From contig JASFKL010000001.1 of NCBI GenBank assembly GCA_050118655.1, positions 186 through 64,185 of the forward strand: a DNA stretch of 64,000 nucleotides. Reading direction: 5' to 3'. Shown here in pieces: positions 27,925 through 37,822 of this stretch. The number at the start of each line of letters is the position of its first letter. Within the stretch, counting starts at the first letter, position 1. The translations under genes and the position numbers were made by a program. The notes under the pieces are model-generated. The model made no database searches and was not told the origin of the DNA. It worked only from the letters and a program-made list of their open reading frames with translations. This stretch comes from Gammaproteobacteria bacterium (lineage in GTDB: Bacteria; Pseudomonadota; Gammaproteobacteria; GCA-001735895).

Positions 27925-28081
27925 ATGTCGGTATCACGAGGGCCGCGTAAAAAAGGTGGATTCTAAAAGATGCACTCTGCGAGCGAAACTGTTTATTGCC
28001 GTCGACCGGCGCCTACCCCTCTCCCCTGCTTTCATCCGGGCCGCGAAATCAGTAGAATTCGCAGCCTTGGAAATTGGTGGA

Positions 28082-28696
28082 ATGCTGATGAAAAAAATAC
28101 TGCTCCCGATCGCGGTGGTACTTGCAGCTATTCTGTCGCTGATCCTTTATCCCAACTTCAAAGGTGAAAAATCAATGAATCAGACCCCTGCAGGCAATCC
28201 GACCGTGCTGATCGAAACCACCATGGGCAACATCACCGTCGAACTCGATATGCAAAACGCCCCCAATACCGGCGAGAACTTTCTCGCCTATGTCGACGAC
28301 GGTTATTTCGTCGGCACCACTTTTCACCGCGTGATCCCCAATTTCATGATCCAGGGCGGCGGCCTTACCGCGGACATGCAGGACAAGCCCAGCGGACGTG
28401 CACCGATCCAGAACGAGGCCAACAACGGTCTCGAGAACGACCGCGGCACGCTGGCGATGGCGCGTACCGGCGACCCCCACTCGGCGACCTCGCAATTTTT
28501 CATCAATCTCAAGGATAACGATTTCCTCAATTTCACCGCTGAAACCGTGCAGGGCTGGGGATATGCCGTATTCGCCAGGGTGATCGACGGCATGGACGTG
28601 GTCGACGCGATTGCGCAGGTGCCGACCGGCAACAAGGGCGGCCATCAGAACGTGCCGCTGGAACCGATCACGATCACCGCGGTCAGCCGGCAGTAA
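28082..28696 (+). CDS. ppiB: Cyclophilin-type peptidyl-prolyl cis-trans isomerase (PpiB/PpiA-like) with an N-terminal hydrophobic segment
   Basis: Core [14 protein letters not shown]...[22 protein letters not shown] is collinear with E. coli PpiB/PpiA; start MLMKK with RBS GGTGG; the N-terminal [18 protein letters not shown] looks like a signal peptide or anchor. Confidence 0.85.
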   Translation: MLMKKILLPIAVVLAAILSLILYPNFKGEKSMNQTPAGNPTVLIETTMGNITVELDMQNAPNTGENFLAYVDDGYFVGTTFHRVIPNFMIQGGGLTADMQDKPSGRAPIQNEANNGLENDRGTLAMARTGDPHSATSQFFINLKDNDFLNFTAETVQGWGYAVFARVIDGMDVVDAIAQVPTGNKGGHQNVPLEPITITAVSRQ

Positions 28697-28711
28697 CCCG
28701 GACCGTCTTGG

Positions 28712-29431
28712 ATGACGGGCGAAACGCTTTTCATCTCGGATTGCCACCTCGACAGCGGGCGGCCGGATATCACGCAGGCGCTGAGCGAATTTCTCGGCCG
28801 GCGAGCCGCGCGGGCTGATTGTCTCTACATTCTCGGCGACCTGTTCGAGGTCTGGCTCGGAGACGACGACCCGCTAGAGGCGCAGCAACCCGTGGTCGAC
28901 GCACTGCGAAGCCTGGCAAAACGCATCCCGGTTTATTTCATCGCCGGCAACCGGGATTTTCTGCTCGGCAGCGAGTTCGCCGGGAGCGTCGGCCTGCAAC
29001 TGCTCGACGAACCCCGGGTGCTGCAGCTTGACCGCCATCGCGTGCTGTTGATCCACGGCGATACGCTGTGCACGGACGATCACGATTACCAGCGGTTTCG
29101 CGCCCTGGTCCGGTCACCCGAATGGCAGGCCGAATTTCTCGCCCGACCGCTTGCCGAACGCCGGCAGATCGCCGCGCAATTGCGTAGCGAGAGCGCCGGC
29201 GCGATGGCGCAAAAGGCCGCCGAAATCATGGATGTAAACCTGCAGGCCGTCGAATCCTGCTTCCGGGAAAACGGGGTCGATACGATCATCCACGGGCACA
29301 CGCACCGGCCGGCCGTGCACCGCTATCCCGGTGACCTGACCCGTTATGTTCTCGGCGACTGGAATCCGGGACCGAGCTTTCTCTGCTGGCACCCCGATAG
29401 AGGTTTCGACCTGCGGGATCCGCGCGTCTAG
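28712..29431 (+). CDS. lpxH: UDP-2,3-diacylglucosamine hydrolase
   Basis: Metallophosphatase motifs FISDCHLD, GDLFEVW, GNRD, HGHTH; synteny with ppiB. Confidence 0.9.
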   Translation: MTGETLFISDCHLDSGRPDITQALSEFLGRRAARADCLYILGDLFEVWLGDDDPLEAQQPVVDALRSLAKRIPVYFIAGNRDFLLGSEFAGSVGLQLLDEPRVLQLDRHRVLLIHGDTLCTDDHDYQRFRALVRSPEWQAEFLARPLAERRQIAAQLRSESAGAMAQKAAEIMDVNLQAVESCFRENGVDTIIHGHTHRPAVHRYPGDLTRYVLGDWNPGPSFLCWHPDRGFDLRDPRV

Positions 29432-29446
29432 TTTCGCGCCGCGGAA

Positions 29447-30295
29447 TTATCCGGCCCCGTGCCGTTGGCGTTGATTACCGGATCGGGTCGCCGATTTCCG
29501 CCCGCGCCGTTCGAGAGCCTCTAGCTCGGCGCTCTCGAAGCCGGCCTCGATGCGCGCGCTCCAGTTGAAGGGCCCGCGCAGGCCTTCCCCCAGGTATTCG
29601 TCGATCAGGGTTTTGAAGGTCGACATCGGTTCCAGGCCCTGCTGCCGGCATAACTCGCGGTACCAGTAATTGCCGATACGAACGTGCCCGATCTCGTCGC
29701 GGTAAATAACTTCGAGTATCTCCGCGGCCGCCGGATCGCCGAATTGACGAAAGCGCTCGACCATGCCGGGAGTGACATCGAGGCCGCGCGCTTCCATCAC
29801 CCGGGGCACCAGCGCGATGCGATGCAACAGGTTGTCGCGGGTCTTGCAGACCATGTCCCAGAGGCCGCCGTGAGCCGAGAGGGCCCCGTAAAAACTGCCG
29901 CGTCGCCGCAGCTCGGTCTCGAGCATCGCGTAATGCTCCGCTTCCTCGGCGGCCACGCCGAGCCAGTCGCCGATATAGCTTTCCGGCACCTCGCGAAATC
30001 GATATACCGCATCCAGGGCGATGTTGACGGCGTTGAATTCGATGTGCGCGAAGGCATGCAACAGACGCAGGCGCCCCTCCTCGCTGGAAAAACTTCGCCG
30101 CGGCAGGTTTCGCGGATCGACCAGTCGCGGCAGCGGCGGCCTGCCCGGATCGTCGATGGGCAGGATCGGCGATACCGCATCGCGCGCCAGCACGCCCTGC
30201 CGCCAGTCCCGCAACAATCGCCGGGTCTGCTCGCACTTGGCCCGCGCATCGCGCTCGAGAATCGCGGCCTCGGCCCGCCGGTAGAGTTCAGGCAT
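29447..30295 (-). CDS. Ferritin-like domain protein (DUF455 family)
   Basis: Helical, EAEHYAMLE / HAFAHIEFNAVN motifs resemble the ferritin-like DUF455 family; start set at MPELYRR (30295), an 8-nt overlap with the metZ stop; the upstream extension in the listed ORF is rejected. Confidence 0.6.
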   Translation of the reverse strand: MPELYRRAEAAILERDARAKCEQTRRLLRDWRQGVLARDAVSPILPIDDPGRPPLPRLVDPRNLPRRSFSSEEGRLRLLHAFAHIEFNAVNIALDAVYRFREVPESYIGDWLGVAAEEAEHYAMLETELRRRGSFYGALSAHGGLWDMVCKTRDNLLHRIALVPRVMEARGLDVTPGMVERFRQFGDPAAAEILEVIYRDEIGHVRIGNYWYRELCRQQGLEPMSTFKTLIDEYLGEGLRGPFNWSARIEAGFESAELEALERRGRKSATRSGNQRQRHGAG

Positions 30296-31466
30296 CCAGA
30301 CCGCGCGACAGATCGGTAAAAATATCCTCCAGGTTTTCGAGACCCACCGCGACGCGAACCAGTCCCTCGACGATTCCGGCGCGCGCCTTGAGTTCGTCGC
30401 TGACACGGCCGTGGGTGGTCGTGGCGGGATGCGTGATCGTGGTTTTGACATCGCCGAGATTGGCGGTAATCGACAACAAGCGCGTCTCGTCGATGACTCG
30501 CCAGGCCGCCTCGCGGCCGCCCTTGACCACGAAAGAGACCACGCCGCCGAACCCCTGTTGCTGGCGAAGGGCGAGATCGTGCTGGGGATGGGATACGAGA
30601 CCCGGGTGGTAGACCCGCTCGATCGCGGGGTGCTGGCTGAGAAAATCCGCCAGCGACTGCGCCTGCCGGGAAATCGCCTGCATCCGCAGGTTCAGCGTCT
30701 CCAGGCCCTTCAACGCGACCCAGGCATTGAAAGGGCTCAGGCTCGGCCCGGTGGTGCGCAGCACGCCGAAGATCTCCTCGCCGACCAGCTGCCCGGGACC
30801 GACCACGGCGCCGCCGACGATGCGCCCCTGGCCGTCCAGATACTTGGTGGCAGAATGCACCACCAGATCGGCGCCGAAGTTCAGCGGGCGTTGCAACGCC
30901 GGCGTACAGAAACAGTTGTCGACCACCAGCAGGCAGCCGTGCGCATGCGCCAGTTCCGCCAGGCCGGCGATATCGGCGATTTCCATCAACGGATTGGACG
31001 GGGTTTCCAGAAACAACAGCCGCGTATTGGCGCGGATGGCGCGTTCCCAGTCCGCGAGATCGGTCATCGCGACGAAGCTGGTTTCGATACCGTAGCGCGG
31101 CAGGTATTTCTCGAACAGCGTGGTCGTGGTACCGAATATCGACTGCGAACTGACGATGTGGTCGCCCGATTTCAATAGCGCCAGGCAAATGCTGGTAATC
31201 GCGGCCATGCCCGAGGCGGTCGCGACGCAGGCCTCGCCGCCTTCGAGCGCGGCCAGACGTTGCTCGAATGCCCGCGTGGTGGGATTGCTGAACCGGGAGT
31301 AAATGTTGCCGGGATCTTCGCCGGCGAAGCGCGCGGCCGCCTGGGCCGCATTTTCGAACACGAAGCTCGAGGTCGCGAAAATCGCCTCGCTGTGCTCGAG
31401 TTCTGCAGTACGTTGCTGACCGCTCCTGACCGCGAGCGTGTCAAATCCTAGATTGTCGTTGTTCAC
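30288..31466 (-). CDS. metZ: O-succinylhomoserine sulfhydrylase (PLP-dependent Cys/Met metabolism family)
   Basis: FDTLAVRSGQ...SATKYLDGQGRIVGGAVV (PLP-lysine region); GTG start with GGAG RBS; next to purF as in Pseudomonas. Confidence 0.87.
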   Translation of the reverse strand: MNNDNLGFDTLAVRSGQQRTAELEHSEAIFATSSFVFENAAQAAARFAGEDPGNIYSRFSNPTTRAFEQRLAALEGGEACVATASGMAAITSICLALLKSGDHIVSSQSIFGTTTTLFEKYLPRYGIETSFVAMTDLADWERAIRANTRLLFLETPSNPLMEIADIAGLAELAHAHGCLLVVDNCFCTPALQRPLNFGADLVVHSATKYLDGQGRIVGGAVVGPGQLVGEEIFGVLRTTGPSLSPFNAWVALKGLETLNLRMQAISRQAQSLADFLSQHPAIERVYHPGLVSHPQHDLALRQQQGFGGVVSFVVKGGREAAWRVIDETRLLSITANLGDVKTTITHPATTTHGRVSDELKARAGIVEGLVRVAVGLENLEDIFTDLSRGLDA

Positions 31467-31707
31467 GGAGTTTCTCCATAATAGAAAAAACTCGGGAGGG
31501 AATGGGCACGGAAGGACTTCGGAACCACCCTCTTTAGCAAATTTGTTTTCGGATCCGTCCCCGGACCCTGGGCGCCTGCAAGCCGAGTAACAAATCGGCG
31601 CCGATCGCAGAAGATATTACCTCGCCCTAACCATGTCAAGCATCTCCGGGACGGTTTGTGCCGGATCCGGATCGGCGACCGCTTCCGGCGTTGCCGGGCG
31701 CGGGGCT

Positions 31708-32247
31708 CTAGCGGATCAGCACCAGGTCGTCGACCAGGACCTCGTCGAACAATTCGATCACCTCGTCGTTGGTCATGCGGATACAGCCGGCCGACACCGG
31801 CTGGCCGATGCGTTTCTCGTCGCTGGTGCCGTGTATGTAGATGTAACGCGAATAGGTGTCGTTATCGCCGCCGCGATTGACGCCCTCCTCGAGGCCGTCG
31901 AGCCACAGGATCCGCGAGGTGATTTCATCCTTTTCGCGGTTATCCAGGTTGCCGGCTATCCTGCCGGTGGGTTCGCGCGCCTCGAACACCATGCCCCGCG
32001 GTTGCCCGCCGCCGATTTTCTGCCGGATGCGGTGAATACCGAAGGGCGTGCGGAAGGAATCGCTGCGATTGCCGATGCCGTTAGCGGCAGTCGAAATCGT
32101 ATAGCTGCGGTTGTTTTCTTCGTCGGTATCCAGCCAGTGCAAACGTTGCGCGGCGGAATCGACGTAAATGATCGGCCGCTGGTCGGCGAGCGCCGGGTTG
32201 CCGTGCAGCCTGGGCGCGATTTCCCGATTGATATCCTGCCAGCGCAT
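31708..32247 (-). CDS. L,D-transpeptidase (YkuD) catalytic-domain protein without an obvious signal peptide
   Basis: YIYIHGTSDE...GQPVSAGCIRMTNDEV is the YkuD His/Cys motif; start codon overlaps the purF stop (ATGA). Confidence 0.7.
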   Translation of the reverse strand: MRWQDINREIAPRLHGNPALADQRPIIYVDSAAQRLHWLDTDEENNRSYTISTAANGIGNRSDSFRTPFGIHRIRQKIGGGQPRGMVFEAREPTGRIAGNLDNREKDEITSRILWLDGLEEGVNRGGDNDTYSRYIYIHGTSDEKRIGQPVSAGCIRMTNDEVIELFDEVLVDDLVLIR

Positions 32248-33764
32248 CAGGCGTTGTTGTGCAGTTCCATCCCGATCACGGTAACCTGCTCCTCGCCGTT
32301 ATCCTTCGCCGAGTCGCTTCTCAAGTGACTGATTTTATTAAGGTATTCGTCATCGACGGTCTTCGTGACATACTTGCCGTCGAAGCAGGAGCAATCGAAT
32401 TTCTTGATCTGCCGGTTGCCCTTTTGCACCGCGTCGACGAGGTCTTCGAGGTCCTGGTAAATCAGCCAGTCCGCGCCGATGTACTCGGCGATCTCCGCCT
32501 CGCTGCGGTCGTGGGCGACCAGTTCGTCGGCCGCGGGCATGTCGATCCCGTAGACGTTCGGATAGCGCACCGGCGGCGCCGCCGAGGCGATGTAAACTTT
32601 CCTGGCGCCGGCCTCGCGGGCCATCTGGATGATTTGCTGCGAGGTGGTGCCGCGAACGATGGAATCGTCGACCAGCAGCACGTTCTTGCCCTTGAACTCG
32701 ATATCGATCGGGTTCAGTTTCCGCCGTACCGATTTCTTGCGCATGGTCTGGCCCGGCATGATGAAGGTGCGGCCTATATAACGGTTCTTGATGAACCCCT
32801 CGCGAAACTTGACGCCGAGATGAAACGCGAGTTCCATCGCCGCGGGGCGGCTGGTGTCGGGGATCGGAATCACCACGTCGATATCGTGATCCGGCCTTTG
32901 CCGCTGTATCTTGCGCGCCAGCTTGACGCCCATGCGAAGGCGGGCCTTGTAAACATAAATATCGTCGATGATCGAATCGGGGCGCGCGAGGTAGACATAC
33001 TCGAAGATACACGGCCTGAGCTTCGGATTCGCGGCGCACTGGCGACGGTGGACGTTGCCGGAGCTATCGATGTAAACCGCCTCGCCGGGCTGCAGGTCGC
33101 CGATCAGTTCGAAGCCGGAGGCCTGCAGGGCCACGCTCTCGGAAGCGATCATGTATTCCGGGCCATCGCTGGAATCGCGCTTGCCGTAGACCACGGGACG
33201 AATGCCGTGGGGGTCGCGGAAACCCAGTATGCCCTTGCCGGTCAGCATCAGGACGACGGCGTAGGCGCCCTCGATCCGTTTGTGGGTCTCGGTCACGGCG
33301 GTGAAAATTTCGTCGGGAGTCAACTTCAGGCTGCCGCAGCGCTGCAGCTCGTGGGCGAAAACGTTGAGCAATACCTCGGAATCGGACTCGGTATTGATGT
33401 GGCGCAGATCCGACTGATAAAGCTCCGCCTTGAGTTGCTCCATGTTGGTCAGGTTACCGTTGTGGGCCAGGCTGATGCCGTATGGCGAATTGACGTAGAA
33501 CGGCTGCGCCTCGGCTGACGACGAACAGCCGGCGGTCGGGTAGCGGACGTGTCCGATACCCATATTACCGGTCAGCTTGAGCATGTGGCGGGTGTGGAAC
33601 ACGTCGCTGACCTGGCCGTTATCCTTGCGCAGATTCAGCTTCTTGTTCTGGTCGCAGACCACGATTCCGGCCGAATCCTGTCCGCGGTGCTGCAAAACCA
33701 GCAAGGCATCGTAGATTGTCTGCGCCACTTCCTGATAGCTGACGATTCCGACTATTCCACACAT
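32247..33764 (-). CDS. purF: Amidophosphoribosyltransferase
   Basis: MCGIVGIV N-terminal nucleophile; PRPP-binding [13 protein letters not shown]. Confidence 0.95.
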   Translation of the reverse strand: MCGIVGIVSYQEVAQTIYDALLVLQHRGQDSAGIVVCDQNKKLNLRKDNGQVSDVFHTRHMLKLTGNMGIGHVRYPTAGCSSSAEAQPFYVNSPYGISLAHNGNLTNMEQLKAELYQSDLRHINTESDSEVLLNVFAHELQRCGSLKLTPDEIFTAVTETHKRIEGAYAVVLMLTGKGILGFRDPHGIRPVVYGKRDSSDGPEYMIASESVALQASGFELIGDLQPGEAVYIDSSGNVHRRQCAANPKLRPCIFEYVYLARPDSIIDDIYVYKARLRMGVKLARKIQRQRPDHDIDVVIPIPDTSRPAAMELAFHLGVKFREGFIKNRYIGRTFIMPGQTMRKKSVRRKLNPIDIEFKGKNVLLVDDSIVRGTTSQQIIQMAREAGARKVYIASAAPPVRYPNVYGIDMPAADELVAHDRSEAEIAEYIGADWLIYQDLEDLVDAVQKGNRQIKKFDCSCFDGKYVTKTVDDEYLNKISHLRSDSAKDNGEEQVTVIGMELHNNA

Positions 33765-33790
33765 ATTGCTCTACCTGGGTTGTAACCCGT

Positions 33791-34279
33791 TCAGAATTTG
33801 AAGCTGTCCGCGGCGGTGTCGGGAATGATTCCCTTGAGCCACCCCGCCAGTTGCTGGAAAAATCCGATCATCGCCGAATCCTGCCACCAGGACGCCTCGG
33901 GCATCGGCGTCAGGCTGGCCAGCAATACGATCATGGTGACGATCAGTACGCCGCGGGCAGCGCCGAAAATGACGCCGAGCGCCTTGTCGGTGCCGCTGAG
34001 GCCGGTTCGATTTACCAGCTGATTCATAATAAAGTTGATGATAGCGCCGATTACAAGGGTGCTGATGAATAAAACCGCGAACGCGGTGATATTACGGATC
34101 GTCGGCGCACCGACGTAAGGTTCGAGTATTTCCGCCAGCGGGGCGAAGTATCGAAACGCGAGGATGCCCGCGACGATCCAGGTAATCAGCGAAATCGTCT
34201 CCTTGACGAAACCGCGAATGACACTGATCAGCGCGGACAGCACGATGATCACGATGATGACGACGTCCAGCCAGCTCAT
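33791..34279 (-). CDS. cvpA: Colicin V production membrane protein CvpA
   Basis: MSWLDVVIIVIIVLSALISVIRGF, four TM helices; cvpA-purF order. Confidence 0.85.
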   Translation of the reverse strand: MSWLDVVIIVIIVLSALISVIRGFVKETISLITWIVAGILAFRYFAPLAEILEPYVGAPTIRNITAFAVLFISTLVIGAIINFIMNQLVNRTGLSGTDKALGVIFGAARGVLIVTMIVLLASLTPMPEASWWQDSAMIGFFQQLAGWLKGIIPDTAADSFKF

Positions 34280-34366
34280 CCGCCTGCTCTCGCCGCAAGC
34301 CGTATCGGGGGCCGAGTCCCGGGGCAACAGTCGCTCAAGGCTTTCCTCCGGACAAAGAAGCGCAGA

Positions 34367-34972
34367 TTATCTTTCATACTTCATAATAATGCCATCGATG
34401 TCGTGCTTGGCCTTGATCTTGTTTTGCGCCACCCGGGTCTGTTCGCGGTTCAGGAAAGGCCCGAGCCGGACCCGATAACTATCCTTGCCCTGGTACTCGA
34501 ATCGCTCGATGAATACCGCGGCGATATTGGACTTGCGCAGTTTGTCGCGCTGCTTGAGCGCCTTGTCGCGATCCTGAAAGCTGCCGACCTGCAATACCCA
34601 GCTCTCGCCGCCGGTCCTGGTGGCGGGCTCGGGCTCGGGCTCGGCTGAGGTCTGGTTCCCGGATGCGGACGTCGCCTTCGCCGTCCGGGCAGGCTCCTCG
34701 GCGGCCCCGGTCCCCGTCTGATCGGCCTGGGGGTCGGAACTCTCGTCGACGAAGCGTGACTCGAGCTCGGGCACATCGTCGACTTTCGACTGCAATTCGA
34801 CGATTTTCGGCTCGAATTCGGGATTGGCGGTAACCAGCGGTTGCGGCGGGATCACCACCTCGTCCTTGTTTTTGCGCATCCCCGAACCGTCGAGGATCAT
34901 CGGCAGGAAGATGACCGCAAGCGCGAAAATAACGATCACGCCAACCAGGCGATTTTTAATATTCGGGTCCAT
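34367..34972 (-). CDS. dedD: SPOR-domain cell-division protein (DedD-like)
   Basis: N-terminal TM segment, Pro/acidic linker, C-terminal SPOR ...WVLQVGSFQDRDKALKQRDKL...YRVRLGPF. Confidence 0.75.
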   Translation of the reverse strand: MDPNIKNRLVGVIVIFALAVIFLPMILDGSGMRKNKDEVVIPPQPLVTANPEFEPKIVELQSKVDDVPELESRFVDESSDPQADQTGTGAAEEPARTAKATSASGNQTSAEPEPEPATRTGGESWVLQVGSFQDRDKALKQRDKLRKSNIAAVFIERFEYQGKDSYRVRLGPFLNREQTRVAQNKIKAKHDIDGIIMKYER

Positions 34973-36254
34973 ATTGGTTCAATTCACGGGAATCGGGTAA
35001 CGCACGCAGGAGCAGTTCGACAGTAACGAAGGAGCCGGTGGCCAGCATTATATCCTTATTGCCCAAAGATGACAGTGCATGAGCCAGCGCGGCGGCCGGA
35101 TTTTCGAATTGCGCCTCGATTTCGGCCGCCGAACCGATTCTTTCCCGCAACCGATCGGCATCGAGGCCGCGGTCGCAGTCCAGCGAGGTCAACCACCAGG
35201 CGTCGACTGTCGGCGCCAGCGCAGCGACGAATTCCCGCGGCAGCTTGTCTTCGAGCATGCCGAGCAGCACCACGATGCGGCCCTGCTCCGGCCTGATTCG
35301 CTCCAGGCTGGCGGCCAGAACCCGGGCGGCGTCGGGGTTGTGTCCGACGTCCAGATACAGGCTGCCGGCGAGCGGACTGCGCACGGACTCGAATCGGCCG
35401 GCCACCCGCATACCTCGAAAATACGCGTTTATCTGCTCGGGCCGATAATCGTCGAGCGACAGGATCTGCGACAACCCGGCGATCACGCCGGCCAGGTTGA
35501 GTTCCTGGTGGGCCCCGGGCAGCACGCAATCGATCTCGATTTCGCACTCGGCGGACTGCCAGCGGAATCGCCCGTCAGTTCCCGGCAAGACCCGGTAATC
35601 CCGGCCCAGCTGCAGGCAGTCGCACCCGCGCCGCTCGATTTCGTCGAGTACGGATTGCGGCGGGTCCGGATCGTTCAATACGACCTTGATACCGTCGCGC
35701 AGCACGCCGGCTTTCTCGAATCCGATTTGCTCCCGCCCCTCGCCGAGCCAGGCCTGGTGATCGATGCCTATCGGCGTCAGGTGAACGAGATCGGCATCGA
35801 TGATATTGACCGCGTCCAGCCGGCCGCCGAGGCCGACCTCCAGCAGTGCGTAGTCGGGCTGCCATTGCTGGAACAGGTAAAGCGCCGCCAGGGTGCCGAA
35901 TTCGAAATAAGTCAGCGTGGTCCCGCCGCGGGCCTCCTCGACTGCGGCGAAAGCCGCGCAAAGCTCGCTATCTCCGACCGCTTCGAGATTGCGCTTGATA
36001 CGCTCGTTATAACGCAACAGGTGCGGCGAGGTATAGCTCGCGACTTCGAAACCGGCCTGCCGCAGCCAGGTTTCGTAAGCGGCAACCGTGGATCCCTTGC
36101 CGTTGGTGCCCGCAACCGTAATTACGTTGCGCGCAATCCGCTCCAGGCCGAGTCGATCGCCGACCCGCCGCACGCGATCGAGCCCCAGGTCGATGGCTTT
36201 GCCGTGCAACTGCATTTGCCATTCGAGCCACTGGTCGAGAGTATCGAAACGCAT
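34956..36254 (-). CDS. folC: Bifunctional dihydrofolate synthase / folylpolyglutamate synthase
   Basis: VAGTNGKGST P-loop; start at MRFDTLDQ (36254); the 136-aa upstream extension of the listed ORF overlaps accD and is rejected. Confidence 0.88.
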   Translation of the reverse strand: MRFDTLDQWLEWQMQLHGKAIDLGLDRVRRVGDRLGLERIARNVITVAGTNGKGSTVAAYETWLRQAGFEVASYTSPHLLRYNERIKRNLEAVGDSELCAAFAAVEEARGGTTLTYFEFGTLAALYLFQQWQPDYALLEVGLGGRLDAVNIIDADLVHLTPIGIDHQAWLGEGREQIGFEKAGVLRDGIKVVLNDPDPPQSVLDEIERRGCDCLQLGRDYRVLPGTDGRFRWQSAECEIEIDCVLPGAHQELNLAGVIAGLSQILSLDDYRPEQINAYFRGMRVAGRFESVRSPLAGSLYLDVGHNPDAARVLAASLERIRPEQGRIVVLLGMLEDKLPREFVAALAPTVDAWWLTSLDCDRGLDADRLRERIGSAAEIEAQFENPAAALAHALSSLGNKDIMLATGSFVTVELLLRALPDSRELNQYGPEY

Positions 36255-36277
36255 CGGCGAGGCCGGAAAACCGGATC

Positions 36278-37144
36278 TTACTGGGGCCGCGCCTGCCCCA
36301 TCATCATGGTGCAAAGCGAGCTGATCTTGTCGCGCATCTTGCGACGGTCGACGATCATGTCGACGGCGCCGTGGTCGAGCAGGAATTCGCTGCGCTGAAA
36401 GCCCTCGGGCAAGGTCTCGCGAACCGTCTGCTCGATGACCCGCGGCCCGGCAAATCCGATCAGCGCCCCGGGTTCGGCGATATGAATGTCGCCGAGCATG
36501 GCAAAACTCGCCGATACCCCTCCCATGGTGGGATCGGTGAGCACGCAGATATACGGCAGTCCGCGTCTCGAGAGGCGTGTCAGGGCGGCACTGGTCTTGG
36601 CCATTTGCAGCAGCGAAAACAGGGCTTCCTGCATGCGCGCGCCGCCGCTGGCGGTAAAGCACACCAGCGGTATTCCGTGCTCCACCGCGGCGTTTGCCGC
36701 GCGCACGAATTTTTCACCGACCACGGATCCCATCGAACCGCCCATGAACCGGAATTCGAATGCCGCGGCAACCATTTCCACGCCCGTCACGGTTCCGCGC
36801 ATCACCACCAGGGCATCTTTCTCGCCGGTTTGTTTCTGCGCCTGGCTAAGGCGTTCGCGATAACGCCGGTCGTCCCGGAATTTGAGAATGTCCTCGGCTT
36901 CGAGTTCGGCACCGATTTCGCTGCGCTCTTCCTCGTCGAAAAACGATTCCAGCCGGCGGCGCGCACCGATACGCATGTGAAAGTCGCACTTGGTGCAAAC
37001 TTCCTGGTTACGCTCGAGTTCGGCACGGTAAATAATCGCATCGCAGGAATCGCATTTTGCCCACAGGCCCTCGGGCACGTTTTTCTTATCGTTGCCGCCC
37101 GAAGTTCTGATTTTCGAGGGTAACAACATTTCGAACCAGTTCAT
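36278..37144 (-). CDS. accD: Acetyl-CoA carboxylase carboxyltransferase beta subunit
   Basis: Zn-ribbon [26 protein letters not shown]; carboxyltransferase domain. Confidence 0.93.
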   Translation of the reverse strand: MNWFEMLLPSKIRTSGGNDKKNVPEGLWAKCDSCDAIIYRAELERNQEVCTKCDFHMRIGARRRLESFFDEEERSEIGAELEAEDILKFRDDRRYRERLSQAQKQTGEKDALVVMRGTVTGVEMVAAAFEFRFMGGSMGSVVGEKFVRAANAAVEHGIPLVCFTASGGARMQEALFSLLQMAKTSAALTRLSRRGLPYICVLTDPTMGGVSASFAMLGDIHIAEPGALIGFAGPRVIEQTVRETLPEGFQRSEFLLDHGAVDMIVDRRKMRDKISSLCTMMMGQARPQ

Positions 37145-37183
37145 GCAATGCTCCAGTTAACGGGACCGGTGGAACCGATCGGG

Positions 37184-37822
37184 TTATGCGTCATAGCCAT
37201 CGCCGCGTCTGACCTGCTCGATGAAAGCCTCGACCAGGCCGGCGTTTTTGATCCCACTGGAATCTTCCACGCCGCTGCTCACATCCACCCCCCAGGGTTT
37301 GACACGGGAGATAGCCTCGGCAACGTTCGACGGATTCAAACCACCCGCCAGAACCACGGGATAAGCGAATGAAGTGGGGATTTTCGACCATTCAAATGTA
37401 TCACCAGAGCCACCCAGGCGTCCAGCGGCGTTGCTGTCGAGCAGGAAACCCTGCGCTGTCTCGAAACGCGCGGCATACTGCAGCGGATCGTCGATGCTGC
37501 CCATCGGAATCGCCTTCAGATAGGGCAGCCCCCAGGCCGCGCAAAACTCTTCCGACTCGTTGCCGTGAAACTGCAGGCAATCCGGCTTGACGCGATGCAA
37601 AACTTGCGCGATCAGGTCCTCGCTGTCGTCGAGAAACACCGCGGTCGCGGTGACGAAAGGCGGCAGCGAGTGCCTGATTTCGATCGCCCGGTCGAGGGAA
37701 AGCGCGCGTGAACTCGGCGGATGCATCATCAATCCAATCGAATCTGCGCCCGCCGCCGCGGCATGCCGCGCATCCTCGATCCGGGTGATTCCGCAGATTT
37801 TAACTCGTGTACGCTGTTTCAT
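37184..37822 (-). CDS. trpF: N-(5'-phosphoribosyl)anthranilate isomerase
   Basis: VKICGITRIEDA...QFHGNES...LAGGLNPSNV; truA-trpF-accD order as in Pseudomonas. Confidence 0.88.
   Translation of the reverse strand: MKQRTRVKICGITRIEDARHAAAAGADSIGLMMHPPSSRALSLDRAIEIRHSLPPFVTATAVFLDDSEDLIAQVLHRVKPDCLQFHGNESEEFCAAWGLPYLKAIPMGSIDDPLQYAARFETAQGFLLDSNAAGRLGGSGDTFEWSKIPTSFAYPVVLAGGLNPSNVAEAISRVKPWGVDVSSGVEDSSGIKNAGLVEAFIEQVRRGDGYDA

Noticed and set aside
26443-27966. 507-aa plus ORF opposite cysS and Arg-rich minus ORFs 27018..27509 / 27269..27937
   Set aside because: cysS HIGH/KMSKS motifs are on the minus strand in another frame. These are compositional artefacts.
31467-31707. SAM riboswitch in the metZ leader
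   Set aside because: I could not recognise the SAM-II pseudoknot or the SAM-I conserved core by eye. The leader has a GGAG RBS and a GTG start but no convincing conserved structure.
32259-36398. Plus-strand ORFs opposite purF/folC/accD (32259..33518, 35079..36398, 36371..37123) and the folC N-terminal extension (36255..36662)
   Set aside because: Antisense to conserved genes. The folC extension overlaps accD and lacks homology, and the true start MRFDTLDQ fits orthologs.
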